The translations under genes were made by a program, and so were the position numbers. Below are positions 1-10,937 of a stretch of DNA of 64,000 nt, piece after piece. The stretch is from positions 6,696,001 to 6,760,000 of the forward strand of contig NC_059436.1 in assembly GCF_021028975.2 (NCBI RefSeq), written 5' to 3'. The notes beneath the pieces were generated by a model that saw only the letters and a list, made by a program, of their open reading frames with translations, had not been told where the DNA came from and searched no databases. Each line of letters begins with the position of its first letter. The first letter of the stretch is position 1. Origin of the DNA: Sphaerodactylus townsendi (Eukaryota).

Positions 1-211
1 CCTGCCATTTACGCCTATACTTCAGCTGTCCAACTGCCCTCTTCGGACATTCTAGAAAATACTAGAATTCCAGGAGATTCTTTCCTCCTTTGTAGAACTT
101 TTGTGATGCATGGCCACTGCCAACAAGCAAACGGTGCTGTAAGTCTTCGAGTGGAAGAGCGGAAAGATTGGAAGAGCTCTCTCTTGCTTCCCTTCCCCAT
201 AGTTCCTGCTT

Positions 212-383
212 GGGGTTACCAACTTCAGATTGGGAAGTTCCTGAAGATGTGGAGTAGAGCCTGGAGGGGATGTGGTTTGGGGAAGGACGGGGTACAACAC
301 ACTAGAATCCACCCTCCAAAGCAGTTATTGTAATTTGGAGATCAGTTGTAAGTTGGGGAGATATCTAGGAGGTTGGCAACCCT
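212..383 (-). mobile_element. hAT-type (Blackjack-like, GGGTTGCCA-terminus) non-autonomous element
   Basis: Ends ggggttaccaac ... ggttggcaaccct; internal 'tagaatccaccctccaaagcag' and 'ggagatcagttgtaa' motifs are shared with more than a dozen other copies in the window. Confidence 0.7.
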
Positions 384-596
384 CGGTCCTGCTGCTCCTC
401 TCTGATTTGCCTTCCACTTTCTGATCCAGTTCCCACATTTGTTTCTTTCTGCTTGCCCCATCCTCCTGGCCTGTAAGCAATTCGTACCCTTCCTGCTTCG
501 CTGCCCCCCCTCCAGTTTCTGTTGCCAGCCCCTGCTGTTTCCGCTGTCTGCTTCCTCTTCTTACACCTCTCCTCTTGTGTATCTCCTGCTATATAT

Positions 597-720
597 AGGC
601 TTCTGACCTACTCTGTAAGGCACCACCTCTCCAAAATCTCAGGCAGTCATCTTTTATCTAACCTGCTACTGGGGATTGAAACTGTGATCTTCTGTAAGCA
701 AAGCAGATGCTCCCCACCAC
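597..720 (-). mobile_element. Squam2-like tRNA-derived SINE fragment
   Basis: Reverse complement reads gagcatctgctttgcttacagaagatcacagtttcaatccccag..., homologous to the copy at 2905-3105. Confidence 0.6.
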
Positions 721-748
721 GCCCACATTTAAGCTGTGCAACTAGTGT

Positions 749-1475
749 TGTTATGGGAAAGAAGCGGACCAGACTTACCTGGGCCGCCATTGCCGCCAGG
801 GGAAGGGCGCCGCATTGCCTTCCTTCCCCTCTTCCGCCAGGCCTTTATTGATCAGCTTTCAGACTGATCAGCCTCCATGAGTGCCAGACGGCTACAGCCC
901 ATTGGCTACAGGGCGCCATGTATTCCTGACACTAGACCCTGTCACTCCCACCACCTTTAAAAGCCAGGGTGGGCCACGTGTAGGCCATATTTGCTTGGCT
1001 GCTGTCTGTTCGACCTACCCACCCTCCCTGTATTTCTCTGTTAGGTTTTTTTCTAGTTGTTAAATTGTGTTGTTTGCAGTTTGCGCATGGGGGACTGATC
1101 CTTGGCCAGGTTAGCTGCCTGCTAACCATTTGGGGAACCTCCTTATAAGGTTTGGGGTGGAGCAAGCCAGGGCTCTTAACGGCCAGGCATGGGCTGAGCT
1201 GGCTTGCGCCCCACAGTAAATGGGGGAAATTTTCAGGCAGCGGTCCACCACCCATCTGATATTTCCCCCTCATTGCTGCCAGGTATCTGTTAGTGTTTCA
1301 TGTCCTCAAACAGGCGGATTTGAGGAATCCTGGGGTTGGGGGACAGTCTTCCGGGCTGTCCAACACAAGGATCAGACCCCATGCTGCGCCTTACGCTCGC
1401 TATTCTGTGAAGCCAATAAATTCATGGCAGTGGCCATTTTTATACCACAAATTAAGTGTTTGTCTTTTGTGTAAC
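749..1475 (+). mobile_element. LTR-like terminal repeat, possibly DIRS/Ngaro class
   Basis: CpG-richer block with ATTGG (reverse CCAAT) at ~901, tttaaaa at ~956 and a 3' 'aataaattcatggcagtggccatttt...gtgtttgtcttt' end that resembles Ngaro-type repeat ends; no TSD found. Confidence 0.4.
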
Positions 1476-1553
1476 TGCTATCTTGTTTGGTTCATACAGC
1501 AAGCTATCTCTCCCTCTGGTGGCAAAGAATTTTTTCCCTGAAATTTTCTTTTT

Positions 1554-1850
1554 GAGAGCCAGCATGGTGGAGTGGTTAAGAGCAAGTGCACTCTAATCTG
1601 GAGGACTGGGTTTAATTCCCCACTTTGCCACTTGAGATGTGGAGGTTTATCTGGTGAATAAGATTAGCTTGTGCATTCCAACACACGCCAGTTGGGTGAC
1701 CTTGGGCTAGTCACAGTTCTTTGGAGCTCTCTCAGCCCCACTCACCTCACAGGGTGTTTGTTGTGGGGGGAAGGGAAAGGAGATTGTAAGCCCCTTTGAG
1801 GCTTCTTACAGGAGAGAAAGGGGGGTGTAAATCCAAATTCCTCTTCTTTT
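1554..1850 (+). mobile_element. Squam3-like tRNA/CORE SINE
   Basis: A-box-like tggtggagtgg, B-box-like ggtttaattccc, CORE-like gggtgaccttgggctagtcac, tail aaatccaaattcctcttc. Confidence 0.9.
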
Positions 1851-2734
1851 TTTACTCATAATCTTTGATTCCTCCACTTCTCCCCCCCCCTTTTTTTTTA
1901 AAGAGAGATTTCTCCTCTTTCTGGTGGCAGGCGTCACCCTTTGAGAGTCTCTGCTTGGAAATATGAACCCATTTGTGGTTGTTCACATTGTCTTCAGTGG
2001 TTGTTCACATTGTCTAATATCATAGGGTTGTGGAAAGATTAACAGACAACAAAAAGATGGCTCGAAAAATTACAACACCCCTTGCCACTTTCTCCTGTCA
2101 GGTCTAGCTGCCCTCTTGTACACCTGCTGGGATCAGATGTGGCTAGTTAGCTGAACAGTTCTTTTCCCACTGAAATAAAATTGTATCCAAACCTCTAGGA
2201 CTCCTCAAGAGTTTTAAACATCTTTTATGAAGCTGACAGATGGATAATGCAATCAGGTTCCTCTTCATGCAATCAGAACAGCAGAGTAGGAAAGCAGTGA
2301 TTTTATCTGAAAAGGGGACCCCTGTCCAGGAAAACCAAGGAGCAAAACAGCTCACTGGCAGTGTGGTCTTTCAGTTCATCTCATGTCCGTCCTTACCCCC
2401 ATTTGAAAGCCAGTGGCAATGGATCCAGTGGCAATGGATATGCCAGGCATGGAATGTAAATGGCAGAAAGATGCCATGCCTATGGCAGACATTTTATCAC
2501 TGGGCAAAATGATGATTTCTGCTTATGTCAATGCATGCCTTTGAGTGTATCCGGTACCACTATAACCAGCTCTCCTTTGGAGAGATCGTAACACTCAAGT
2601 GTTATGTATATGTCGAAGCAAGACCCTGGGTTTGGATTGTGTGTGTACAAAAACAGGGCTGTCTTTCAGGGTTACTCTAGAGGCAGTAATTTATCGCTGT
2701 GTAGTACAAACAATCTTGGTCAAAGCCTTCTCCT

Positions 2735-2903
2735 TAGGGTTGCCAGCAACCTGGAGAAAAAGTGTCCTGTCTGTTTAACAAAGGCTTACTAGGATATAAT
2801 TACCAGGTGGTGTTATTTACCTCCACACCTTGAAAAACCCCACCTGCCCATTCCCACTTCTTAAGCCTTTAATAAAGAGACAGGACACTTTGTTTCCAGG
2901 TTG
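2735..2903. mobile_element. hAT-type MITE (tagggttgcca terminus), palindromic variant
   Basis: tagggttgccagcaacctggagaaaaagtgtcctgtc ... gacaggacactttgtttccaggttgttg inverted ends. Confidence 0.6.
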
Positions 2904-2904
2904 T

Positions 2905-3105
2905 TGCTTGTGGCAGAGCATCTGCCTAGCATGCAGAAAATCCCAGGTTCAATCCCTGATATCTCCAGTTAAGGATCAGGTAGAGGGGTGGGGTGAAAAA
3001 CCTAGAGTGGAAACCATGAAGAGCTGCTGTCACTCTGAACAGACAAGACCAACTTTGATGGACAAAGGGCTTGATTCAGTATAAGGTGGATTCATGTGTT
3101 CATGC
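2905..3105 (+). mobile_element. Squam2-like tRNA-derived SINE
   Basis: tRNA head gtggcagagcatctgcctagcatgcagaaaatcccaggttcaatccctg; 3' end ttcagtataaggtggattcatgtgttc. Confidence 0.75.
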
Positions 3106-3119
3106 ATGAGGAAGCGCCA

Positions 3120-3290
3120 TCCAATAGCCATAGCTAGTAGCCACCGATGGATGTATCCTTGAATCTAATTCCTTTTAAAAACCACTTATGTTCGTAGCTA
3201 CCACTGCCTCTACTAGCCGTGAATTCCACAGTTTAATTATTCATTGAGTGCAGAAATATTTCCTTTTGTCCATCCGGAATCAATTTCTCA
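3120..3290 (-). mobile_element. CR1 LINE 3' fragment
   Basis: gaattccacagtttaattattcattgagtgcagaaatatttccttttg is the reverse of the CR1 'KRKYFFTQRIINLWNSL'-type region. Confidence 0.65.
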
Positions 3291-4011
3291 CCTATATCAA
3301 TGGCTGCCCCCCTGCCAAGTGTGAGCCTCCCCATTGATGTCTCCCACAACTTGTATTTAGACCCTTGCTTTCTCTGAAGATGGCTGCTGAAGAGCTGGAT
3401 AGTCTAACTGAAGGTGGCTGTTTCTACAGCAGTACCCTGTAAAGTTGCCAGCAACCTGGGGAGACCATTTCCTGCCCCCCTTTTACAGTGGCTTGATGAG
3501 TGGGAATGGGCTGGTTAAGTTTTTCATGGCACGAACCACCTGGCACATGACAACCAATCTAGTCTCTATTAAATCTTCAAGCTTTTGGCATCCCTAACTT
3601 GGACGCTGGATTGCAGAAGCAGACAGGTTCTTCTTATGGTCAGTTTAATGAAACAACGGAAGGAAAGTGAATGCATCCTATTTTTAAAAGAAAAAAAATA
3701 CATCCTCAATATAGACAGAAAAGGCAAAATCTGCACAGCGATTTAGAATGGCCAGGTACCAGAAGGCAGAGGTGGAACCTGGTAAACAGGCACGCAATGG
3801 AAGGTTAGGGCCTTCTTCAAAGCCATACAAGTTGTCGTTTTATCCATTCATGTTCTGAGCTTGGCAGATCTAATACACCACACTCAGTAGTTTTCACAAC
3901 TTTCTGTCTTTTTATGCCAATACAAAAATGTGCCTACTTCTCACTTGCGGGTTGCAGCAACACTTCGCTGCTCCTTTGGTGTGAAGCTGAGCTGCTGCCA
4001 TACATAGAAAG

Positions 4012-4030
4012 GACCACTAGATGGCACCAT
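4012..4030 (+). promoter_or_regulatory. CTCF core motif match
   Basis: CCACTAGATGGCAC (4014-4027) fits the CCA[CG][CT]AG[AG][GT]GGC[AG]C consensus, in non-repeat sequence. Confidence 0.4.
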
Positions 4031-4174
4031 AAACCTTTTTAATAGAAACCCTCCCCTCCACCCATATTTATCAGCAGAACCCAGCCAGTTACACGGCAGA
4101 ACAGTACCGCAAAAGAAATAGTATAGAAAAAAGGAAAATAACTGTGTAGGGAAAGAGGTGGTTGACTTATTCAC

Positions 4175-4396
4175 TGCTGGATCAGAGCAGTGGTCCAGCA
4201 AACTGTTTCATAAAAGAGACAACCAGTTGCCTTGAAGGGCCAGCAAGTGGGGCATAGTGGTTGAGATCCTCTCCAGATGTTGTCTACTAATACAGGTGTT
4301 AATAGATTTGCTGCCCTTGAATGTGGAGGTTCACTTTCGTCACCACACTTGGTGGCCACTGATGGACCTTTCTTCCATGAATCTGTCTAATCCCCA
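4175..4396 (-). mobile_element. CR1 LINE 3' end, degraded
   Basis: ctggatcagagcagtggtcc ... ccactgatggacctttcttccatgaatctgtctaatcccc. Confidence 0.65.
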
Positions 4397-4408
4397 CTGA
4401 ACACTATG

Positions 4409-4639
4409 TGGGGTTGTCAGTCTCCACGTGGGGTGTGTTGGATGGGATGGGGTTCTCCTAGAATGGCAACTGATTTCCAGATTACAACAATCAGCTCCCC
4501 TGGAGTAAATGACTGATTTGGGGAATGGACTCTATGGCTTTACATCTTTGCTGAGGTCCTTCACCAATCCAAGCCACACCCTCCTTAAACTCCACCTCCA
4601 AATCTCCAAGAATTTTCCAATCCAGAGTTGGCGACCCTA
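4409..4639 (+). mobile_element. hAT-type (Blackjack-like) non-autonomous element
   Basis: gggttgtcag ... gttggcgacccta with the family's internal cccctggagtaaatg / ggactctatggc motifs. Confidence 0.75.
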
Positions 4640-5477
4640 CTATCTAACAGGTAAAAGAAACAAGAAGAAGCTCCATTGATCTTTCTGGAAATGCCCGCTG
4701 AGGAGTGACCAAAACTGCTCCTGCATGGACAGCCGAAGGCAGGGAGGAGCAGAAAACTTGAAGCAGGAAAAATGGACACTGCTTCTGCTTTGCTTTACCT
4801 GCACAGGCAGGGGATAAGTCACACTTTGCCTGCTTTTACAAACCGCGGGGCTTCTCTGATCTGCGTTGCAGTGTGTTCGGGATGGGGAAAACGTGTGTTC
4901 AACTGGAAATCTGATCCAAAGGGAATGTAGGCTCACTTCGGTGTTGATCACATGTAAATAAATGGCTTTAGTCTCTTATCTGGAGCCAGTTTGGCCAGTG
5001 TGCTGTAGTGATTGAGCGTCTTCTCAAGTCTCTGGATTATACGGTTCTAGAGTAACAGTTGGGTGTTCATCTGAGTTTGTCTGACATACATCAACATTAA
5101 TGGCTGCTGATCCGTAAGGAAGAGTGAATGGTCATGCAGACCCACTGAACTCATAGTTTTTCACCCCCACATGTATCCTTTAGTTAGCTCACACAACCAT
5201 GACCCAAGGGCAAAACTGATCTCACCGACTGCACAGGTGCAAAAGCAGAAGGAAAGGAAACTGTGCCACTAGGGGTGCAAAGCTGCTTGTCTCGATGCCT
5301 GATTAACAAACAACAAAAGAGAGAGGATTCCATCTGGGGTTCAACACATGAATGACCACAAGCTGTTGAAAACAATATGATCATCTTCAGAGGAACACAT
5401 TCTTTTTGAAGTTATTAGCATGTCTAGTAACAGAAAGAGAAAATAATATGTGTAAGGAAGCAGATACCAGAAAAGGT

Positions 5478-6065
5478 GAGCCAGTCTGGTGTAGAGGTTA
5501 AGAGTGTTGGATTTTAATCTGGAGAACTGGGCTTGATTCCCCACTCCTCCACATGAGCAGTGACTCTAATCTGGAGAACAGGGTTTAGTTCCCCATTCCT
5601 CCACATGAAGCCTGCTGAGTGACCTTGGGCTAGGCACAGTTCTCTGAGAACTCTGTCAGCCACACCTGTCTCACAAGGTGCCTGTTGTGGCAGATGGTGG
5701 TGGTGGAAGGTGATTGTAAGCCACGTGGAGACTGCAGTGGCACAGTGGTTAAGAGCAGGTGCAGGAGGAACGGGTTTGATTCCCTGCTCTGCCGCTTCAG
5801 CTGTGGAGGCTTATCTGGGGAATTCAGATTAGCCTGTGCACTCCCACACATGCCCACTGGGTGACCTTGGGCTAGTCACAGCTCTTTGGAGCTCTCTCAG
5901 CCCCACCCACCTTACAGGATGTTCGTTGTGAAGGGGGAAGGGCAAGGAGATTGTAAGTCTCTTTGAGTCTCCTACAGGAGAGAAAGGGGGGATATAAACC
6001 CAAACTTTTCTTCTACTTCTTATGGTTGAGAAAATCAGGCTATAAAAACTAACTCTTTTTCTCTC
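5478..6065 (+). mobile_element. Squam3-like SINE containing a nested younger SINE (~5734-6015)
   Basis: Outer SINE breaks at 'gtaagccacgtggagact'; a second SINE follows; the outer tail then resumes 'cttatggttgagaaaatcaggctataaaaactaactc'. Confidence 0.85.
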
Positions 6066-6645
6066 TTCTTTCACATTTAAACTCTCCTGATCTGAGCTAG
6101 CCAGGGTCACCTATACAATGGGAAAATTAAAGGATAATTAGCGGATTGCCATCTGCTTTCCATATTCATGCACTGCACACTACATCCCGCCAATGCTCTG
6201 ATCAGGCCAGGACAGAAAGCTTTAAAGCAAATAACTGCCTACAATAAATATAAAATTAATATAGATACACAGATTTTCTTCTTACTTGCTTGGCAAGCTG
6301 GACCCAAACTTTCTCATTGAAGGAACCCAGAGGTGAGTATGGAGTTTGAAGCAAATGTTTGTCTGCTCCGTTTCTTCCTCCTTTCCAGTTTAATAAACAT
6401 GCATCTACATCTAATGGGCCGTCTGTCAGTTCCCTTTAATAGAAATCACCTCCTCCTCTAATAATCATTAAACAAATTGACAGTGTAATAGCCCGGGCAT
6501 CTCATCTTAATGCCACCTGCTGCAAGAAGAAAATATGCTGCTAATATCTTTCCCAAAAGGCCATTACTCTGCTTAATACCGGCAGAACTCCCGGCAGAGA
6601 GTACAGCCCCAAATGTATTGGTGTGACGAACAAGACAGGGGGGTC

Positions 6646-6679
<34 letters not shown>

Positions 6680-6688
6680 TGTGTGTGT
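6646..6688. repeat. Compound (TG)n(GA)n(TG)n microsatellite
   Basis: Seen directly. Confidence 0.95.
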
Positions 6689-6710
6689 TTCATAATACTA
6701 ACAATTTCTT

Positions 6711-7012
6711 AGCAGCAGTGGCATAGGAGGTTAAGAGCTCATGTATCTAATCTGGAGGAACCGGGTTTGATTCCCCGCTCTGCCGCTTGAGCTGTGGAGG
6801 CTTATCTGGGGAATTCAGATTAGCCTGTATGCTCCCACACATGCCAGCTGGGTGACCTTGGGCTAGTCACAGCTTCTCGGAGCTCTCTCAGCCCCACCTA
6901 CCTCACAGGGTGTTTGTTGTGAGGGGGGAAGGGCAAGGAGATTGTAAGCCCCTTTGAGTCTCCTGCAGGAGAGAAAGAGGGGGTATAAATCCAAACTCTT
7001 CTTCTTCTTCTT
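6711..7012 (+). mobile_element. Young full-length Squam3-like SINE
   Basis: gcagcagtggcataggaggttaagagc head, retained CpGs, (CTT)n tail. Confidence 0.92.
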
Positions 7013-7639
7013 ACATTCTTGCCCTTCAGAAACACCAAAGAAGTATTGATAAGAAATCCTACCTCTTGGTTACTTTGACAATCAGGAATCCTATTCCTGA
7101 GCAGCCCCACCCATGTGTATTGAACATTTCTGCCTTCTTATGTGACTCAGAGGTGGTGGGTGCATACTAAATTTTTCACTGATTGAAATTTCCACCAACC
7201 CTACCCCTTCCTTCTGAAACCCCTCCTCATATTGTTCCTGCACCCCCTGGAACACTGTAACCAGGGGTTGGAAACCTATTTAACATATGTCTCAAAAAAT
7301 AGCAATACTAGCTGTCAAGATGTTGATCTGTCAGTGAACAAGATAGGGTAGGGGAGAGACGAGGACAGACGTGCTTGGAGTGAGCCAATCCCAGTGGCAC
7401 TGCAGGGAACTCAAGGAGGGCCTCGGATTTCTTTGGTGCATGGTGTTTGACCAATGGGCACCTGTACTCTTGTACATTGGTAAAACATCCCACACAAATG
7501 CAACTGTATCCAAACTGCTTATTCGTAGTTGTGGTGATGGGAAAAATGGCAAAGAAACAAACTGTGCAGAGACTGATATATGCATTGTACTGTGAGCAAA
7601 ATTCAAGAGACACACCAAGAGAATTCAGCTGGTGGCTGT

Positions 7640-7795
7640 NNNNNNNNNNNNNNNNNNNNNNNNNNNNNNNNNNNNNNNNNNNNNNNNNNNNNNNNNNNNN
7701 NNNNNNNNNNNNNNNNNNNNNNNNNNNNNNNNNNNNNNNNNNNNNNNNNNNNNNNNNNNNNNNNNNNNNNNNNNNNNNNNNNNNNNNNNNNNNNN
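7640..7795. other. Assembly gap (N run)
   Basis: Run of N. Confidence 1.
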
Positions 7796-8032
7796 AGACT
7801 TAAAGGGGCTTACAATCCCCTTGCCTTTCCCCCCTCACAACAAACACCCTGTGAGGTAGGTGGGGCTGAGAGAGCTCCAAGAAGCTGTGACTAGCCCAAG
7901 GTCACCCAGCTGGCATGTGTGGGAGTGTACAGGCTAATCTGAATTCCCCAGATAAGCATCCACAGCTCAGGCAGCAGAGCTGGGAATCAAACCCGGTTCC
8001 TCCAGATTAGATTCACGAGCTCTTAACCTCCA
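7796..8032 (-). mobile_element. Young Squam3-like SINE, cut by the gap
   Basis: Reverse complement of the 6711-7012 subfamily. Confidence 0.9.
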
Positions 8033-8998
8033 CATTATTATTAATTATTATTTATTCAGTTTATATATCGCCCTCCCCCGAAGGGCTCAGGGCGGTTCAC
8101 AACAGAATATATAACACTGAACATTAAAATCAAACCCTGCTGGTTGATATCTCCCACACTGCTGCTTCCAGCAATGCTGCCACCACCTATGCAGCCTGGC
8201 AGGAGCCCTGCCCCTGTGCCAAGCCAAATGTTGAAGTTGGCCACGGCTGGCACATGTGCCAGGGATTGCCCATCCTTGCTGTAGCCTAATCTGACATTTT
8301 CTGAGTTCAGGAAAGTGCCATTTCCACGTCCCTGTAGCTGATCTTTTTCTTCCATTTAATATTTCATAGTTCCAGAAAGGGGAACACTTCTCCTTGAATG
8401 AGAAATACATGGGGAAGTAGCTGTCATGCTGCCAGCTGCAGGGAATGTAAAAATAAGCTTATCTGATCATTTGTGGCAAGTAGCTATCACCATTTGATGA
8501 CCTTCTTCTGTCCCTCTCGCTTGCTGAAGTCCCTACATGCAGTAAGTTTGATTATCTCAACTATGAGGACACAAACATACCTGGAAGCCTAAGGATATCA
8601 CATGCATTCATCGCAGGCAGAGATGCTTCTGAAAGTGGGACCAGTGCATCAGGAATTCTCCCTTGTTCTCTTCATTTCTGTCTTGAATTTTGTTCGCTGC
8701 ACAATGTATCTACCAGTCTCTGCCCATTTCAGCTCTTGCATTAATTCACACCACCATGTCTATAAGTAAGCTATCTTCATGCAGTTGTATTGATATTATT
8801 TTTGTGTGGTGTTTGTTTTACCTATTGGAGAAGCTACTGTCAAGTAAGAGTGTAGTTAAAGAACATACAGCTGAAAGAGTAACTTAGACCACCTGTACCG
8901 CAATGGAACTGTGGTATTCAGGGTTTGTGGAATGTTTTCTCTTACAATTCATCCTGCCTCTTGCTATGTGTTATTGTGTGGGATAGTGCTAGTAGTCT

Positions 8999-9362
8999 GA
9001 AGAGCCACCCTGGTGTAGTTGTTAAGAGGGATGAACTCTAATCTGGAAAACTGGGTTTAATTCTCTTTTCTTCCATATGCTTGGTGGACTAATCTGGAGA
9101 ACCAGGTTTGTTTCCCCCACTCTTCCACAAGAGCAGAAGACTCTAATCTGGAGAATCTGGTTCGTTTCCCTACTCCTCTACATGAAGCCTGCAGGGTGAC
9201 CTTAGGTTAATCACAGTTCTCTCAGAACTCTCTCAGCCCCTCCTACCTCACAAGATGTCTGTTATAGGGAGAGGAAGGAAAGGCGATTGTAAGCTGCTTT
9301 GAGACTCCTTAAAAGTAGAGAAAGACACGTTCTAAAAATCAACTCATCTTTTCCTCCTTCTT
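8999..9362 (+). mobile_element. Squam3-like SINE with three internal B-box modules
   Basis: 'ctaatctggagaa...ggttt...ttcc' unit occurs three times before the CORE. Confidence 0.85.
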
Positions 9363-10351
9363 GTATTAGCGGCCTGTAGTCAGTAATTGCCTTTTGCAAA
9401 TCCTGTTGCAGTAAAGGTTACTGAAAGCAAACTCCAAAGCGTGGAATTGGATTATTTCTTGAACTCTGCCAACATTATCAACATGTAAGAGAGCAGGTGC
9501 GTGTGGGTCAAACCCCCCGCACAAAAGAAATCATAGAATCATGCAGTTGTCCTTGTGCTAAGCAGTGTAGAATGGGCATAAGATGCTAATGAAAGGAAGG
9601 AACCGAAAGCTGTAACAAATTGTTTCAATTCCCAAACCTTTGGGATTTAACTGGAATTAGTGGGATGCCAGGCAGAATGAATACGTGGAACAATAAAGAA
9701 ACAGCACGGAAGAAGTCTGCTTGCCCCGAGTCCCAGACAATCAGCTAGGCTTGTTCAATAGCAGGCGTTCTGCTCATAGAAACTGGTTTGGCTTCCAGAT
9801 TGAGGCCGCCTTTTGTGTCTGGGCCGCAGCCACTGTGCCCTTTTGTGCCCGTCACTGTGGCTCTTTAGGGTTGCTATTATCCTTCCCATTGGTCAACATG
9901 GTTTCCTTGGCAGCAGCCTTCATTAGAAAGGGATCCTTGAGGCTAATGAAGGATTTTTAAAAAAGCCTTCTGCAAGCAGCTTGATTGCTTCAATCAGGCT
10001 GATTTGGAAATAGTATTTTATCTGATGGGGGCCTCTTAAGCCTAATGAGGGTACAAAAAAAGATGCCAGGGATAATAAGAGACCAAATGCCTCAGGGAGT
10101 GAATCAGCCACCGCTCATGATTAAGAGGCGTATTACTGGCACCACAAAGAAACCTTTGCAGTGGCTCTGAAGAGGTGATTTAAAGTCATGTGCCCAGCCG
10201 CACTGCAAGCTGAAAATGCAACACATGGACAAATCAGGTGCAAGTTTAACCTGACCCTACACTTCCCTTGTCCCATCTCTGCTTGGTGCTCCTCACATAA
10301 AGTTTCATTTCCCATCAACAAAGGTGAATAGGGAACCAATAGTTAGAGTGT

Positions 10352-10614
10352 CAGGGTAGCATAGCATAGTGTGAGAGCCAACGTGGTTAAATGTGGTAGA
10401 CTCTAATCTGGAGAACTGTGTTTGATTCTGCACTCCTCCACATTAGCAGGGGACTCTAATCTGGTGAACCAGATCTGTTTCCTCATTCTTGTCTGAGAAC
10501 TGTCTCTGGGAACACTCTCAGCCCCACCTGCCTCACAAGGTGTCTAAGGTGAGGAGAGGAAGGGAAGCACAGTATGATAAAAACATGGTATAAAAAGCAC
10601 TTAATCTTCTTCTT
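10352..10614 (+). mobile_element. Squam3-like SINE
   Basis: gagagccaacgtggtt...actctaatctggagaac...ctctcagccccacctgcctcacaagg...tcttcttc. Confidence 0.8.
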
Positions 10615-10629
10615 CAAATGGGAGACTGA

Positions 10630-10785
10630 GGCCCCTTCCACACATGCAGAATAATGCACTTTCAATCCACTTTCAATGCACTTGACTTTGCAGCTGGATT
10701 GTACTGTGGAGAATAGCAAAATCCACTTGCAAACAATTGTGGAAGTGGATTGAAAGTGCATTATTCTGCATTTGTGGAAGAGGCC
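10630..10785. mobile_element. Palindromic MITE (PIF/Harbinger-like GGCC termini) inside an old CORE-SINE
   Basis: ggccccttccacacatgcagaataatgcactttcaatccact ... agtggattgaaagtgcattattctgcatttgtggaagaggcc; host SINE continues ctgggttcagatcccc. Confidence 0.85.
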
Positions 10786-10937
10786 CTGGGTTCAGATCCC
10801 CAGTCTGTCAATGGAAGCTTGCAGGGTTACCTTGGGCCAGTCACACACCCTCAGTTTAACATACTTTACAAAGCTGTTGCAAAGGTAAAATGGTGGTGAA
10901 ATGAAGTAAAAAAAAAGTAAACTACACATCCTGAATA

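Noticed and set aside
1554-1640. tRNA genes at SINE heads
   Set aside because: A/B boxes continue into CORE bodies and (CTT)n tails; no cloverleaf; these are SINEs
7371-7595. 'LLYIGKT' resembling a GIY-YIG (Penelope) endonuclease motif
   Set aside because: No upstream GIY/VY motif and no downstream R..EH; consistent with chance
7447-7894. ORFs of 75-118 aa across the first gap (and 15200-15547 across the second)
   Set aside because: Artefacts of translating N runs
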